A stretch of 64,000 bases of DNA from Phaeosaccion multiseriatum (Eukaryota; Protista; Ochrophyta, other classes). Location of the stretch: the NCBI GenBank assembly GCA_965112735.1, contig OZ218955.1, forward strand, positions 310,001 to 374,000, written 5' to 3'. A program made the position numbers and the translations under genes. Of the stretch, positions 45,799 through 61,912 are shown piece after piece. The notes under the pieces are model-generated. The model was not told where the DNA came from and made no database searches. It worked only from the letters and a program-made list of their open reading frames with translations. Each line of letters starts with the position of its first letter. Within the stretch, counting starts at the first letter, position 1.

Positions 45799-47899
45799 CG
45801 TGTGTGTGCACGTGTGAACCCCCCGGCTACCCCTCCCTGCCTCTTCACGGTCGGTGGCTATGCCTGCCACCCTCCCTTTGACTCCCTTCCCCACATGCTT
45901 CTAAATCCCCCCCCCCCCCTCCCATACTCCTCTACTCTTACCCCTCCCCCGCTCACCTTCTTCTGGGCCCCGGCATCAGCGATGAGCGCTGCTGCAGCCC
46001 TGTGTTCCTCGGCATACCCACGCAGCTTGGCCTGTCGGGTTTCCGGTGGCAGATCCTGCGCCAGAAGCACAGCCAAGACCTCCACCAGGCGAGGCCTCAG
46101 CGCCGGGGGGCCCTCGATAGTGGATTGCATGAGTTTGGTCTGGTGTGTTGGTTGTTGACACAGGAGGGGGTTGGGGGGGGGCTGTGATGAGCTGAAACTG
46201 AAATTGGATGTGTACCAGAGACGGAGGGGAGAGCATAGATAGGGCGAGAGGGTGGGATATATACTAAGTATATTATATATGCATATATATAGCAGTGCCC
46301 CACCCTACCCCACCCCACTCTACCCTACCCCACCTCACCCCACCCACCTGCGCAAGGGAGGCCAAGTCCTTGCTGACGCATGCAAGGTGCACAAACTTGA
46401 AGGCCATGGTCTTCGTGCCCGCAGTGGCAGAGCCCAGACATACCGCCTGAGAGGGGCAGGGGAGAAGGATGGCTTGGGTTCGAGTGGGTGACGAAATCCA
46501 TCGATGAAGGGCGAATGTGTGCTCCAAGTGTTGATGGCGCGTTGGGGTGTTAATGGTGTGTGTTCCAAGTGTTAATGGCGTGCTGGGGTGTTGAATTGGA
46601 GAGAGGACGAGTGAGAAATGGAGTGTTGAATTGGAGGGAGGACCAGCGTTGAATGGAATGTTGGAGGGATTGCGTTGGAGCGACGAAGGGCAGAGATAGC
46701 TCCCCGCCCGCCTTCCTTCCTTCCTTCCTTCCTTCCTTCCTTCCTTCCTTCCTTCCCGGGATTGCTCCTGCCCCGCGAGTTGTTTGTCGACTTACGTGTT
46801 TGGTGATGAGCTGGCCACACTCAACGCACTTTTTGGCTCTGTTGCAGGGCTCCAGACGGAGATGCGTCTTCACCGTATCGATCAGGGGTGTCAGGACAAC
46901 ATTAGGGGTGTCAGCACAGTGATCAAAGGAGGGGTGCGAGGAGAGGGATGGAGAGGGAGAGGGGAGAGAAAAACGAACAGAGACAAAGAGATGGAGGGGG
47001 GGGGAGAGAGAGATAGATCAAGAGAGAGCAGAGAGAGGAAGGAGCAACATGGAAGCAGTGCAGCGAGAGAGACAAGAGAGAGAGATACAAGAGAAGAAGG
47101 GGAGGCAACAAGCACCCTTATCTTACTTGCTGTGCCGCGAAATTCTTCCTTCTCTCCGCCGCCGCGGCTATGAAGGGCGACAAATCTCCCCTCGCCTTAA
47201 TGCAGCGGAAGGTATTCACCACGAGGAGTCTCTCTTCGGTAGTGAGGTCGGCTGTAGTGGTGGGAAGAGGCGGGCGGGAGAGCGGAGACTGAGAGAGGGA
47301 TGGAAATGGAGACAGAGAGAAGGTTAGAGAGAGAGAGAGAGAGAGAGAGCAAGGAGGGGGCGGGGCCGGGGCGGAGAAGGAAGAGGGAATAGTCGCTGAG
47401 GCCCAAGCGCTTGATATTACAGTACTCCGTGCTGCTTACAGTAGCCGGGAAGGTTGTCCACGCGGCAATACTCCTCGAAGTTGCCCATCTGTATCTGTGT
47501 GACGCAGCAGAGATGCCTGCTCCATTTCATGTGGCGGTTCTCGTAGTCGTCTTCTTCCGGCAGGCTGTTGAAGCGGATCTCCCCCTTTCCGATCTGCAGC
47601 GTGTTTGTGTTTGTGTATAAAGAGAAGGGGGGAGAGAGGGGGGAGAGAGGGGGGAGAGGAGAAAAGAGGCGAAGGTGGGTGTTGTGACGGACACAGAGAA
47701 ATTTAAGGAGAAGCTCGCTCGCTCGCACAACAAGGTCAGATGCGGGCGGTGGAGGTGGGGGGAGAGAGAGGCAGAGAGAAGAGAAAAAAGAAAAAAGAAG
47801 GGGGGGAGGAAAGGGGGGGAAAGCGGTCTTCCTCACCAGCTCCTTGCACTTATTGCACTTGCCCCTGCCACTTGGCGCCACCTCCCGAGAGTGAGGCAT
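45222..47899 (-). CDS. Protein with two PARP-type zinc fingers and a K/E-rich tail (~400 aa), no catalytic domain
   Basis: Exons (minus) 47899-47837, 47593-47440, 47251-47127, 46867-46796, 46446-46348, 46139-45957, 45728-45222. ZnF1 is EVAPSGRGKCNKCKELIGKGEIRF...WSRHLCC...LPGYSDLTTEER. ZnF2 is LEPCNRAKKCVECGQLITKH...FKFVHLAC. The tail contains KKRQRK and PKKKKK NLS-like runs. Confidence 0.72.
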
Positions 47900-47973
47900 A
47901 ATATCACGTGCTTTCACATGTAGGGGTAGTTTTTCGGTAAAAGTAAAGCTGGCTTCAACACCGGAAAAGAGGC
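47900..47973. promoter_or_regulatory. Putative very compact bidirectional promoter
   Basis: Only 74 bp separate the divergent ATGs of the zinc-finger gene (47899, minus) and the transaldolase-like gene (47974, plus). It contains CACGTG and CACATG E-box-like hexamers. Confidence 0.45.
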
Positions 47974-50432
47974 ATGGTGCTTCCCTCTCGCCGAGGCATT
48001 CTCATGCCGCTTCTCGTTAGCTACGGGTGCTGCAGCTGCCTCTTGATCGTAGCTCAAGCATTTATCTCTTCCTGGGCCTTACAGAGTGAACATGCAGGAA
48101 GCACTATGGCTTCGCCTCTTCGAGGGGAAGCTGCTACTGAAGGAGCAACAGAGACTCCATCATTGGCGACCGGGCCGTCCCTCCTGGATGCCATACTAGC
48201 AAAAGCTCCTCAAGGTCTGCTCTACTCTGCTCTCTCCTTCCGCTCTCGCTGTAGCCTAAGGAGGGGTAGATTGCCTTCCCTTCGGTTTGTTGGGGAGCTC
48301 CCTCGGCACTATGCAGCCCTTCTCTCCACGCCTTCTCCACCGACTTACAGCCATCCATGTTATACGTATGCCGTTTGCCCACTCTCTTCAGTGACCCTCT
48401 GGGCGGACACGGCCCTCGTGGAAGAAGTAGGGCCCGACATTGCTCGGCTCGGTGGCGTTACCACCAATCCCAGCCTCGTGTATGCATGGGCCCAGCATCG
48501 CGCGGAGCAGCAGAACGGCCGCGAGAGCAGTAGCAGTAGTAGTGGTAATAGTAGTAGCAGCAGCAGTAGTGCTCGGGCGCTGGTCCAGGCAGCGTCTGTG
48601 GAGGCCGCCCTCTCGGCTCTGCGTCTCCTGCCCCCCCACGGTAGGGTGTGCACACAGGTGAGTGATTGGTGCATGAGTGCGTGAGGAAGTGAGTGTGTGA
48701 GAGAGAGAGACTGCGTGAGTGAGGGAGTGAGTGATTGAGTGAGCGAGTGAGGGAGTGAGTGAATTGAGTCAGTGAGTGAGTAAATGAGTGAGCGAGTGCG
48801 TGAGTGGGTGGGTGAGTGAGTGAGTGAGTGAGTGAGTGAGTGAGTCAGTGAGTGAGTGCATGAGTGAGGGAGTGCATGAGTGAGTGAGTGAGTGAGTCAG
48901 TGAGTGAGTGCATGAGTGAGGGAGTGCGTGAGTGCGTGAGTGAGTGAGGGAGTGTACGCACTCAACTCCTTCCCCCCAAGGAAATACAAAATGTCACGGA
49001 GATACGCAGCCACCTATGTGGCCGTCTCTTGACATCAACGACCCTACCCAGCTCGCCCCCCTCGTTGCCTCGCTCCGCTCTGCTACTCTGTATTACCAAC
49101 TGCTCAGGTGGACCCCCGCCATAGCGACGACGAGGAAGGCATGCTCAGGGATGCTCACGAGATCCTCGACAGGTGAAGACAGAGAACAGAACAGAATAAG
49201 ATGATATGATGTGCTTGTATCCTAAAGTATTTCTCATGAAACATGATTTAGGGCCTCATTGCTCACTTCCAAAGAAATTACCACACCAAGCAACCACCCA
49301 CACATCTACCAACCACCCATTCACCCAACCCACCAACGAACCAACCAACCAACCGACCAACCAACCAACCAACCAAACGTAGGTATTCCCAGGGGGGTGC
49401 GGACATGAGCCGAGTGTTGCTGAAGCTTCCTTCCTCCTGGGCAGGCCTGCAGGTCACAAGGAAGCTCGAGAAGGAGGGGGTCGCGGTGCTCGTTACCTTG
49501 GTGTGTGAGCCCTCACTGGGAGAGGGAGAGGGAGAGGGAGGGAGGGAGGGAGGGAGGGAGGGAGGGAGGGAGGGAGGGAAGGAGGGAGGGAGGAGGGGAG
49601 AGGGAGAAGTTTAGGGGCAGATAGAGGGAGAGGCGGAGGGGGAGGGAGAGGGAGAGGGAGACGTCTGGAGCCTTCGACTATGGTAGATACTTGCGTGTCT
49701 TCGTGTCAGCTGCCCCACTCTCTATCTCTGTCTGACATGCTCTCTCTTCTCTCTCTCTCTCTCTCAAACACTCTCCGTCTCTCTCTACATACATCATTGG
49801 GAAAAAACAGTTTTTCCCCAATGCATACAATTATATCATCACTCTCTTATATCTTTGTCCCTCTCTCTTACTTATGCTTAGGTATGCTCGGAGGTGCAAG
49901 CCCGAGCAGCCGTCGAGGCGGGCGCGACCATCATGGCCACATACGTCGGTCGAGTTGCAGACTGGCACAAGCAGCAGCAATTGGTGGTACAGGAACAGCT
50001 ACAGACGGAGCCAGATGGCGATGGCCAGCCCTCCCCCCCCCCGGGAGGGGCTGCGCTGGACGACCCCGGGGTGCGGCTCACAGTGGCTGCCCACGAGCTC
50101 TGTCGGACGGCGCAGAGCACCCGGGAGCACGACAACGACAACGACAACGACAAGAGGACGGAGGTGATGGGGGCTTCCTTCCGAAGTGTTGGACAGGTGC
50201 GGAGTGTTTCGATCTCTTGGTGATTTGATTTCGATGCTCGATAATCTACCTTGATCGAGGTCAACTGAAACTGAAACTGAAACTGTGAGCAGGTGCAGGC
50301 GTTGGTGGAGGCGGGGTGCGCTCACGTGACCGTGTCGCCTCAAGTGCTGCAGATGCTCAGGGACACGCCCTCGCCTTGGACTGAGCCTTCAAAGAGTGGC
50401 ACCGACCCCACCACCATCACCACCATCACCAG

Positions 50433-50463
<31 letters not shown>

Positions 50464-50688
50464 AGCAGCAGCAACGGCAACAACAACAGTGGGAGTAGTG
50501 GTGTCGAGGTAGATGTAGAGGGTGGTGTTATTGGCTCCCCCTCCCCTCCAGCCTTAACGGAGGTGTCCTTGGAGCAGCTGCTGGCGGCGGACGAGTGCGG
50601 GGCCTCAGTGAGCGGTGCAAGCCTCAACGGCTTCGCCACTCACGCCCAGGAGCTCGAGGACCTGCTGTCCTCCCTCCAAGGAGTGTGA
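47974..50688 (+). CDS. Transaldolase/fructose-6-phosphate aldolase family protein, predicted plastid-targeted (~466 aa)
   Basis: Exons 47974-48214, 48392-48657, 49108-49172, 49383-49500, 49882-50196, 50293-50688 (1401 nt). Motifs WADTA, TTNPSL, GRVCTQVDP, VLLKLPSSWAG (Schiff-base Lys at 49423), ATYVGRV, MGASFR and a TalB-like C-terminal helix. Signal peptide ends in AQA-FI. Alternative start at 48004. Confidence 0.88.
48658..48953 (+). repeat. (GAGT)n intronic microsatellite starting at the donor site
   Basis: gtgagtgattggtgcatgagt...gagtgagtgagt in intron 2 of the transaldolase-like gene. Confidence 0.9.
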
Positions 50689-50794
50689 GTTGCAGTTTGC
50701 TGCACTTACCCTTCGGATGGGTGTCCATACAGTACAGGTTGTGGGGAATGGGTCGACATTCATTTAATGGAACGAACTGAACTGAACTCCTGAC

Positions 50795-50860
50795 ACGACG
50801 ACAGACGACAGACGACAGAGGACAGAGGACAGACGACAGACGACAGACGACAGACGACAG
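50795..50860 (+). repeat. 7-bp tandem repeat (GACGACA)n
   Basis: About 9 units downstream of the transaldolase-like stop. Confidence 0.9.
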
Positions 50861-51966
50861 ATAGGCAACAACCTCAGTGGCATGCAAAACATTGGCGGGG
50901 GATGGCACCATGAGATTACACCCCGATGGGCGTTTTTGCATGCTCTGTGTGCTTCCTTTACGGACAAGATTGACTTGGACTTGATGAGCTCCTTCCTGTT
51001 TTGCTTGTCTCGTACAAGTACTTGACCTGCTTGCTTGAGGAGGCCTCTTTCGCCATTGGTGTTGGGCATGAGTGGGGCATGAGGGAAGGCACTTTGCCGA
51101 CTTTCAAGGGGCACTTTATTGACTTACAGGGGCATGAGGGACGATGCATGACGGTGCTGAGCTCGGGGCACTACCTTGGCTACAGCAGTCAGAGCTCGTC
51201 GCACCACCTTTGGCTACAGCAGTCCGAGCTCGTCGCACCACCTTTGGCTACAGCAGGGAGAGAGGCTCGCTCTCTCTCGAGGGGCACGATGGTGCTGAGC
51301 TCAACAACTTGATATAAGATTAAATGACGCTTGTAATCTTTATGTAAATGACGTGTGTATGCATCGTACATATTCCGTAATAGGACGTAATGGTAGCTAT
51401 CTGTATAATACGCCCCCCCCGAGATTCAGATGTATATCATAATAACTCTTCATCCCGCTAAAAGTGAGTGGGGTAGGGCATGTTGATCAAAAGATCAATG
51501 CCCACCCAACAACAACAATCGAAATGGCGAGGCGCCGAAAGGCAGCACACACACACGTGCGATGTGTCTACGACAGATGAGATCACAGATGGACAGATCG
51601 TACATCGTTGTTCCTCAAAGCAAAGCGGTACATGTATGCTGTCTTGGGGCGCCTGGTCATGGCGGGCTGTAAAAGCGCTTGGGCCACTTCCGATGCCCAT
51701 GTCAAGTCAGAGCGGTCGGTATCCACTATCCACAGTCGTGTGGTCTGATGTGTGGGTGCGTACGTGCACGTTCTCCCTCTCTCTCTTCTCTCCGCACCCA
51801 CCCATTGACTTAGTGTGACAGAAGTGAAGCCCGTCTTGAGAGGCGAGCGTAGCGTGCAGCTCCCTTCACAACAGTCGCCACACCGAACGAGGGATGGCAG
51901 TGGATGGGGGGGGAGGACAGTCCAACTCAAACTATCGGCCCGGCTGTAATGTAAGTGAGAGTGCCT

Positions 51967-52000
<34 letters not shown>

Positions 52001-52091
52001 ACTACTACTGCTGCTGTATCACCTCCGTTCCCCTCGCGCCTCAGGAACCCCCCCATCCATCCACTGCCACCCCTCGTCCCTGTTTGAAGCC

Positions 52092-57186
<5,095 letters not shown>

Positions 57187-57559
57187 GGCTTCTGCTACGA
57201 GAGACCCGCGCAACCAACGAAGCTGGTTGGTGAGAAAGCGTAGTCTCCTACAGAGATCCTACAGATAGATGCGTTCGGACAGAGGGTGCCGAATCAACCC
57301 GGCCCCCCAGGGGAAATTTTCCGAGCCCAGATGGTTGCCCACCTTAACCGTTTGCCGGGCGAGGGGCGCAACCCATTGCACGTTGTCCCGCTTGGAGCGG
57401 AGAGGATTCGACTGTGAACGTGGCAAGCAGCAGACTCAGCAGCAGTATCAGCAACAACAGAAGCAGGAGCAGAAGCAGAAGCAGCAAGCAAAAGGAAAAG
57501 AGAGGGAATTGAAGGAGAGGGAGAGGAGCAGTGGGGAAGCACAACACAGGCCACCCACC

Positions 57560-57773
57560 ATGTCGGTACGTAAAGCAGCATGGCGTTGATGCAATTGATC
57601 ATCTCCTGCTGCCTTTGCTGCAGTGGTCGTGCCCTCGGTACAGTGTTCGCTGGAGAGAAGGGCGGCGTCAGTGTTGGCTTTTGCGAAAGGAGGAGGGCCT
57701 AATGGAAACCATGCTCCTTTCCTTCGCCTATGCCTCCTTCATATTCACTTCGTCTGTCTCGATGTCCTAATCT

Positions 57774-57813
<40 letters not shown>

Positions 57814-59084
57814 ATCTTTCTATCTATCTCTTCCCCTCCGTTTCCCTCTGTATACCTCCTCTCCCTCTCTCTCTCTCTCTCTCCCCTCCTCCCCCCCCTT
57901 TCTCTCTCGCGGCAGGATGACAGCGACGACTTTAGTCATGGCGAATTTGAAGACAGCGGCTTCGACGACAGCCAGGGGGCGGAAGTGGGGGGGGGCGCCA
58001 ATGGGGGTGGGAAGAAGAAGGAGCGCCAGCTTGAGAACGATAAGTACGACATGGCCATGGACGTTAGCGCCAGTATGGATGGCAGCGATGGAGGGGGGGG
58101 GGGAGGGGGGGGCACCAAGGTCAACTCACGCAAGGAGCAAATGGTGAAGAATAACAAGTTTGACGAGGCGTTGGATGTGTCTGCGAGCATGGACATTAAT
58201 AGTAGAGTCGACGGAGAGGGCAAGCACGGGGGTGGAAGCGGGGGAGGCGAGAGGAAGGACGGGGAGGAGGTGAAGGATGATCAGTTTGATGCGGCGTACG
58301 ACTTGTCGAGTGGAGGGGACGACGAGTCGAGCGTAGAGACGAGAGACGAGCGAGAAGCCCCCAAGAAGAGGACTGTGGGCGGGGGCTCGAGCGAGAGCGC
58401 GGGTGGTGGGGGGGGTGGGGGGGGGTCCGGGGGGGTAGCACCTACTGCAGACTCAGCACTACATTCGTCAGGCAATGCGCTGGCTTCCTCTGGAGCGGGG
58501 GGTGGAGGAGGGGGGAACGGGGCACACCGAGCGGGGGGGAAGGGAGGGGCTGGAGGGGAGGGAATGGGCAAGGGGGATGGTGGCGGCGGCGGCGGGGCGG
58601 GGAGTGACTCCGAGTCGGGTAGTGATGACGGAGAGTCCTCGAGTGACGGAGAGGAGCAGGAGGGGAACGCCTCGGTCAAGGTCGAGGGGGCCTACAACCC
58701 GAAGGACTATGTGCACTTGGCCGTGGGGGACGAAATTAGGGACTTGTTTCAGTACATTGAGCGTTACAAGCCACACGAGGTCGAGCTGGAGACAGCGGTG
58801 CGACCCTTCATTCCCGACTACATCCCGGCAGTTGGTGATATGGATGCTTTCCTCAAGGTCAGTTGGGGGAGAGAGAGGGGGGGGTGGTGGGTGGTGGAGA
58901 AAGGGTGGACGGCAGTGGATGGGGAGGTTGACTTGAGGGTGAGGAGGAGGGGTGGGTGAGTGGGTGGGGTGGGGGGGGTGGGGTAGAGGAGGGGAGGATG
59001 GCAGTAGACGGGGAGGTGGGTGTCAGGACACACGAATAGGCAGGGACCTTTTGTGTTTTGTGTGCTTACGCGTGGTTTTGTATC

Positions 59085-59136
<52 letters not shown>

Positions 59137-60164
59137 CTTACACTCTCTCATATCCTTCCACTCCCTCCACCGCCTCCCCTCCCTCCCCTGTCTCCCCTCC
59201 TAGGTTCCACGTCCGGACGACAAGCCCGACGGACTAGGTCTGAAAGTACTCGACGAACCCGCAGCCAATCAAAGCGACGCGACTGTGCTGGAGCTGCAGC
59301 TGAGGGCCGTGAGCAAGAAGCAGCACGGGGACGTGGCAGTGAGGTCCATTGAGAACGCGCACAAGAATACGCAGGAGATTGAGCGGTGGATCAAGTCTAT
59401 TGACGATCTGCACCGGACCAAGCCGCCGCCGCAGGTGAGCCATGGGAGGGAGGGAAGTTGGAGGGATGGATGGATGGATGGATGGATGGAGAAAGGGGAG
59501 AGGAAGGAGGGAGATTTGAAGTGTATGGGGAAGTAGGGACTCACTGTTGCCCGCCCCCCCCCCCCCCACCTCCCCCTCCTCCTCCTCCTCCTCCTCCTCC
59601 TCCTCCTCCTCCTCCTCCTCTCCTGCTCCTCCTCTCCTCCTCCTCCTCCTCCTCCTCCTCCTCCTCCTCCTCCTCCTCCTCCTCCTCCTCCTCCTCCTCC
59701 TCTCCTGCTCCTCCTCCCCCTCTACGCTCTCTCATGCATGTACATCGCCTCACCCCATTCCTTCCCCTTCTGCCCCCCCCCAGGTGCAGTACCGCAGAGA
59801 CATGCCCAACATCGACGATCTGATGGAGTGCTGGCCACCCGAGTTTGAGGAGGTGCTGGGGCGGGTTCGACTTCCCCCGCCCGATCTTGATCTTCCTCTG
59901 CACGACTACGCCAAGATGTTGCTGGTGCTGGTAGATATTCCTGTGTTCGACAACAACATCGTTGAGAGCCTTCACGTCATGTTTACACTGTATCTAGAGT
60001 TTAAGAGCAACGGCCACTTCGAAGGGGGGGGAGGAGGAGCAGTAGGAGGAGGGGGCGGAGGAGGAGGAGGAGGAGGAGGAGGAGGAGGAGGAGGAGGAGG
60101 CGGGGGGGCAGGGGCAGGCGAAGGGCTTGGGCTGGAAGCTGAGTATTACACTGGGTACAAATGA
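57560..60164 (+). CDS. IFT46: Intraflagellar transport complex B protein IFT46 (~519 aa)
   Basis: Exons 57560-57565 (ATG TCG micro-exon, less certain), 57916-58857, 59204-59434, 59784-60164. Motifs GAYNPKDY..L.V..EIRDLFQYIERYKP, PFIPDYIPAVGDMDAFLKVPRPD, GLKVLDEP, WIKSIDDLH, MPNIDDLMECWPPEFE and ESLHVMFTLYLEFK. Confidence 0.95.
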
Positions 60165-60769
60165 GGGGGAGGGCAACATATGACCACAGAGGCATTCGAT
60201 GTCGGTACAGTATCGTGATTGGTGAGAGATGAACGAATAGAAACTGGAACTGAAACCTTCGGCGGTGGCTGGCTGGTTCTCTGGTCATGGCCCTTTCCAA
60301 GAGACCGACCGCGGCAGCCCTCCTTACAGTAGACATCGGGCTTGAGGCCCTCTCGCCGTGCGCGCTCAGAGTAGGCGCAACCCTCTTCTATTATTGCTCC
60401 TCCCCGTATCTTGGAGCATGCCTCAACCTGTCACCTCCTCCATTGGAATAGCAGGACCTTTGCTGCTGCAGCTGCTCCTGCTCATGGAGAGTAGAGTCAG
60501 TACACCGTTCAGCAGCGGTGCTTTACTGCGGGTCCCCTTCTGTTTGGAGAAGAAGGAGAAAAAGAAGAATAGCGTCCAGTTGTGAGTTTCGCGGAGGACC
60601 AACACATGCATCCACATCATCCTATAAGTCAATTAAATCTCATCACGCCCTAGATCATAGATCATAGAGAGAGAGAGAAAGACGTCGTCCCCTCCTATCT
60701 CTCTGGATATAAACTAGCGAAGCTCGCGTGTTAGTTCTCCCGGAGTCACATACCTTCCCTTCCCTTTAT

Positions 60770-61912
60770 ATGTATGGGTTATCCCTGTCCATCGACACAG
60801 ACTTGAGGCACAAAATTGAGGAGGGAAGGGTTGTTGGGCATGAGGATGGCAAATCCAAGGAAGTGGTCGCTGGGCATGAGTATGGAAGAACCCCTTCCGC
60901 GGGATCTGAACAAGATAGTGATGCTGAACATGGTGAGGAAGGAGGGCCTACGGTATTCAATGGAGGCGTGAACCAGGCGCTGTTTGCAGTTTGCCACGAG
61001 GCCTTGACGAAACCCGAGCTGCTCCGTGTCGTGTTGGAGTACGTGGGTGGCGGGGACTTCCTCTTTGTGGCTGCTACGAGTAAGGAGTGGGGGGTCCAGT
61101 ATGGCCATTTGTACCCAGGCTTAAAAAAGACAAATTGTTCTTCGGTGGTCAGCTCTGTTGAGTGCGTGAGATGGGCGACGAGTCAGGGCCTCGAGCTATG
61201 TGTGGAGGTCTTTAGGGCCGCTGCTAGGCACGGAGATGTCAAAGTGTGTAAGGCCCTCCACGGCGCAAAGTGTCCATGGGATGAAAGCGTGTGTCGTGGA
61301 ACGACAGAGAATGAGAAGCATGGCTTACGTGTCCTCCGCTGGCTGCGATCCGAACATCTCCCCAAGAAGGAGAGGTGCCCAGGGATAGAAGAAATGTGTG
61401 GATGGGCTGGATATATGGGGAGGCTGGACATCGTCAAGTGGCTGCTTTCAGAAGAGGGGAATCCTTGTCCTCCGATCGATAGCCTCAGTTGGCAATACGC
61501 CTGTGCAGGCGGAAGCGTCGAGGTCGTTGAGTATCTGCTCAATCATGCTCCCACGAGAGCGTTGCTGGAGGAGAATGAAGATAGGCGCTGGCGACATGGG
61601 GCTGGGTGCGCTGCTGTAAATGGTCACATTGGGGTGCTGCAGCTCCTCCACGCCAATGCCCGCCACCTCTGCGATTGGGACGCGTGGGTCTGTAGGAATG
61701 CAGTCATGAGGGCAAGGAGTCTCGCAACGCTCAAGTGGCTCCGATCGGAGGAAGTGCTCTGTGGGTGGGACGAAAAGTCGTGCCCACAGGTCATCAGGGA
61801 CCAGCGGCTGTACACCCTGCACTTTGCAGAGTGGCATATCGATCCCCAAACCTTTGAGGAGATTAAGCAGTGGGTACACACCAATGGACATCCCTGCCAC
61901 TGCCAAGACTGA
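60770..61912 (+). CDS. Ankyrin-like repeat protein with an F-box-like N-terminal segment
   Basis: Uninterrupted ORF. LRVVLEYVGGGDFLFVAATSKEW is followed by repeats AARHGDVKVCKALHGAKCPWDE, AGYMGRLDIVKWL, ACAGGSVEVVEYL and AAVNGHIGVLQLL...CDWD. The start is uncertain: there is an ATG at 60770 and an acceptor-like acacag at 60800. Confidence 0.8.
   Translation: MYGLSLSIDTDLRHKIEEGRVVGHEDGKSKEVVAGHEYGRTPSAGSEQDSDAEHGEEGGPTVFNGGVNQALFAVCHEALTKPELLRVVLEYVGGGDFLFVAATSKEWGVQYGHLYPGLKKTNCSSVVSSVECVRWATSQGLELCVEVFRAAARHGDVKVCKALHGAKCPWDESVCRGTTENEKHGLRVLRWLRSEHLPKKERCPGIEEMCGWAGYMGRLDIVKWLLSEEGNPCPPIDSLSWQYACAGGSVEVVEYLLNHAPTRALLEENEDRRWRHGAGCAAVNGHIGVLQLLHANARHLCDWDAWVCRNAVMRARSLATLKWLRSEEVLCGWDEKSCPQVIRDQRLYTLHFAEWHIDPQTFEEIKQWVHTNGHPCHCQD

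Noticed and set aside
50764-51114. Minus-strand ORF with KEAHRACKNAHRG resembling a retroelement integrase zinc-binding start
   Set aside because: The similarity is too short, with no CxxC, RT, RNase H or LTRs, so it is not called as a mobile element.
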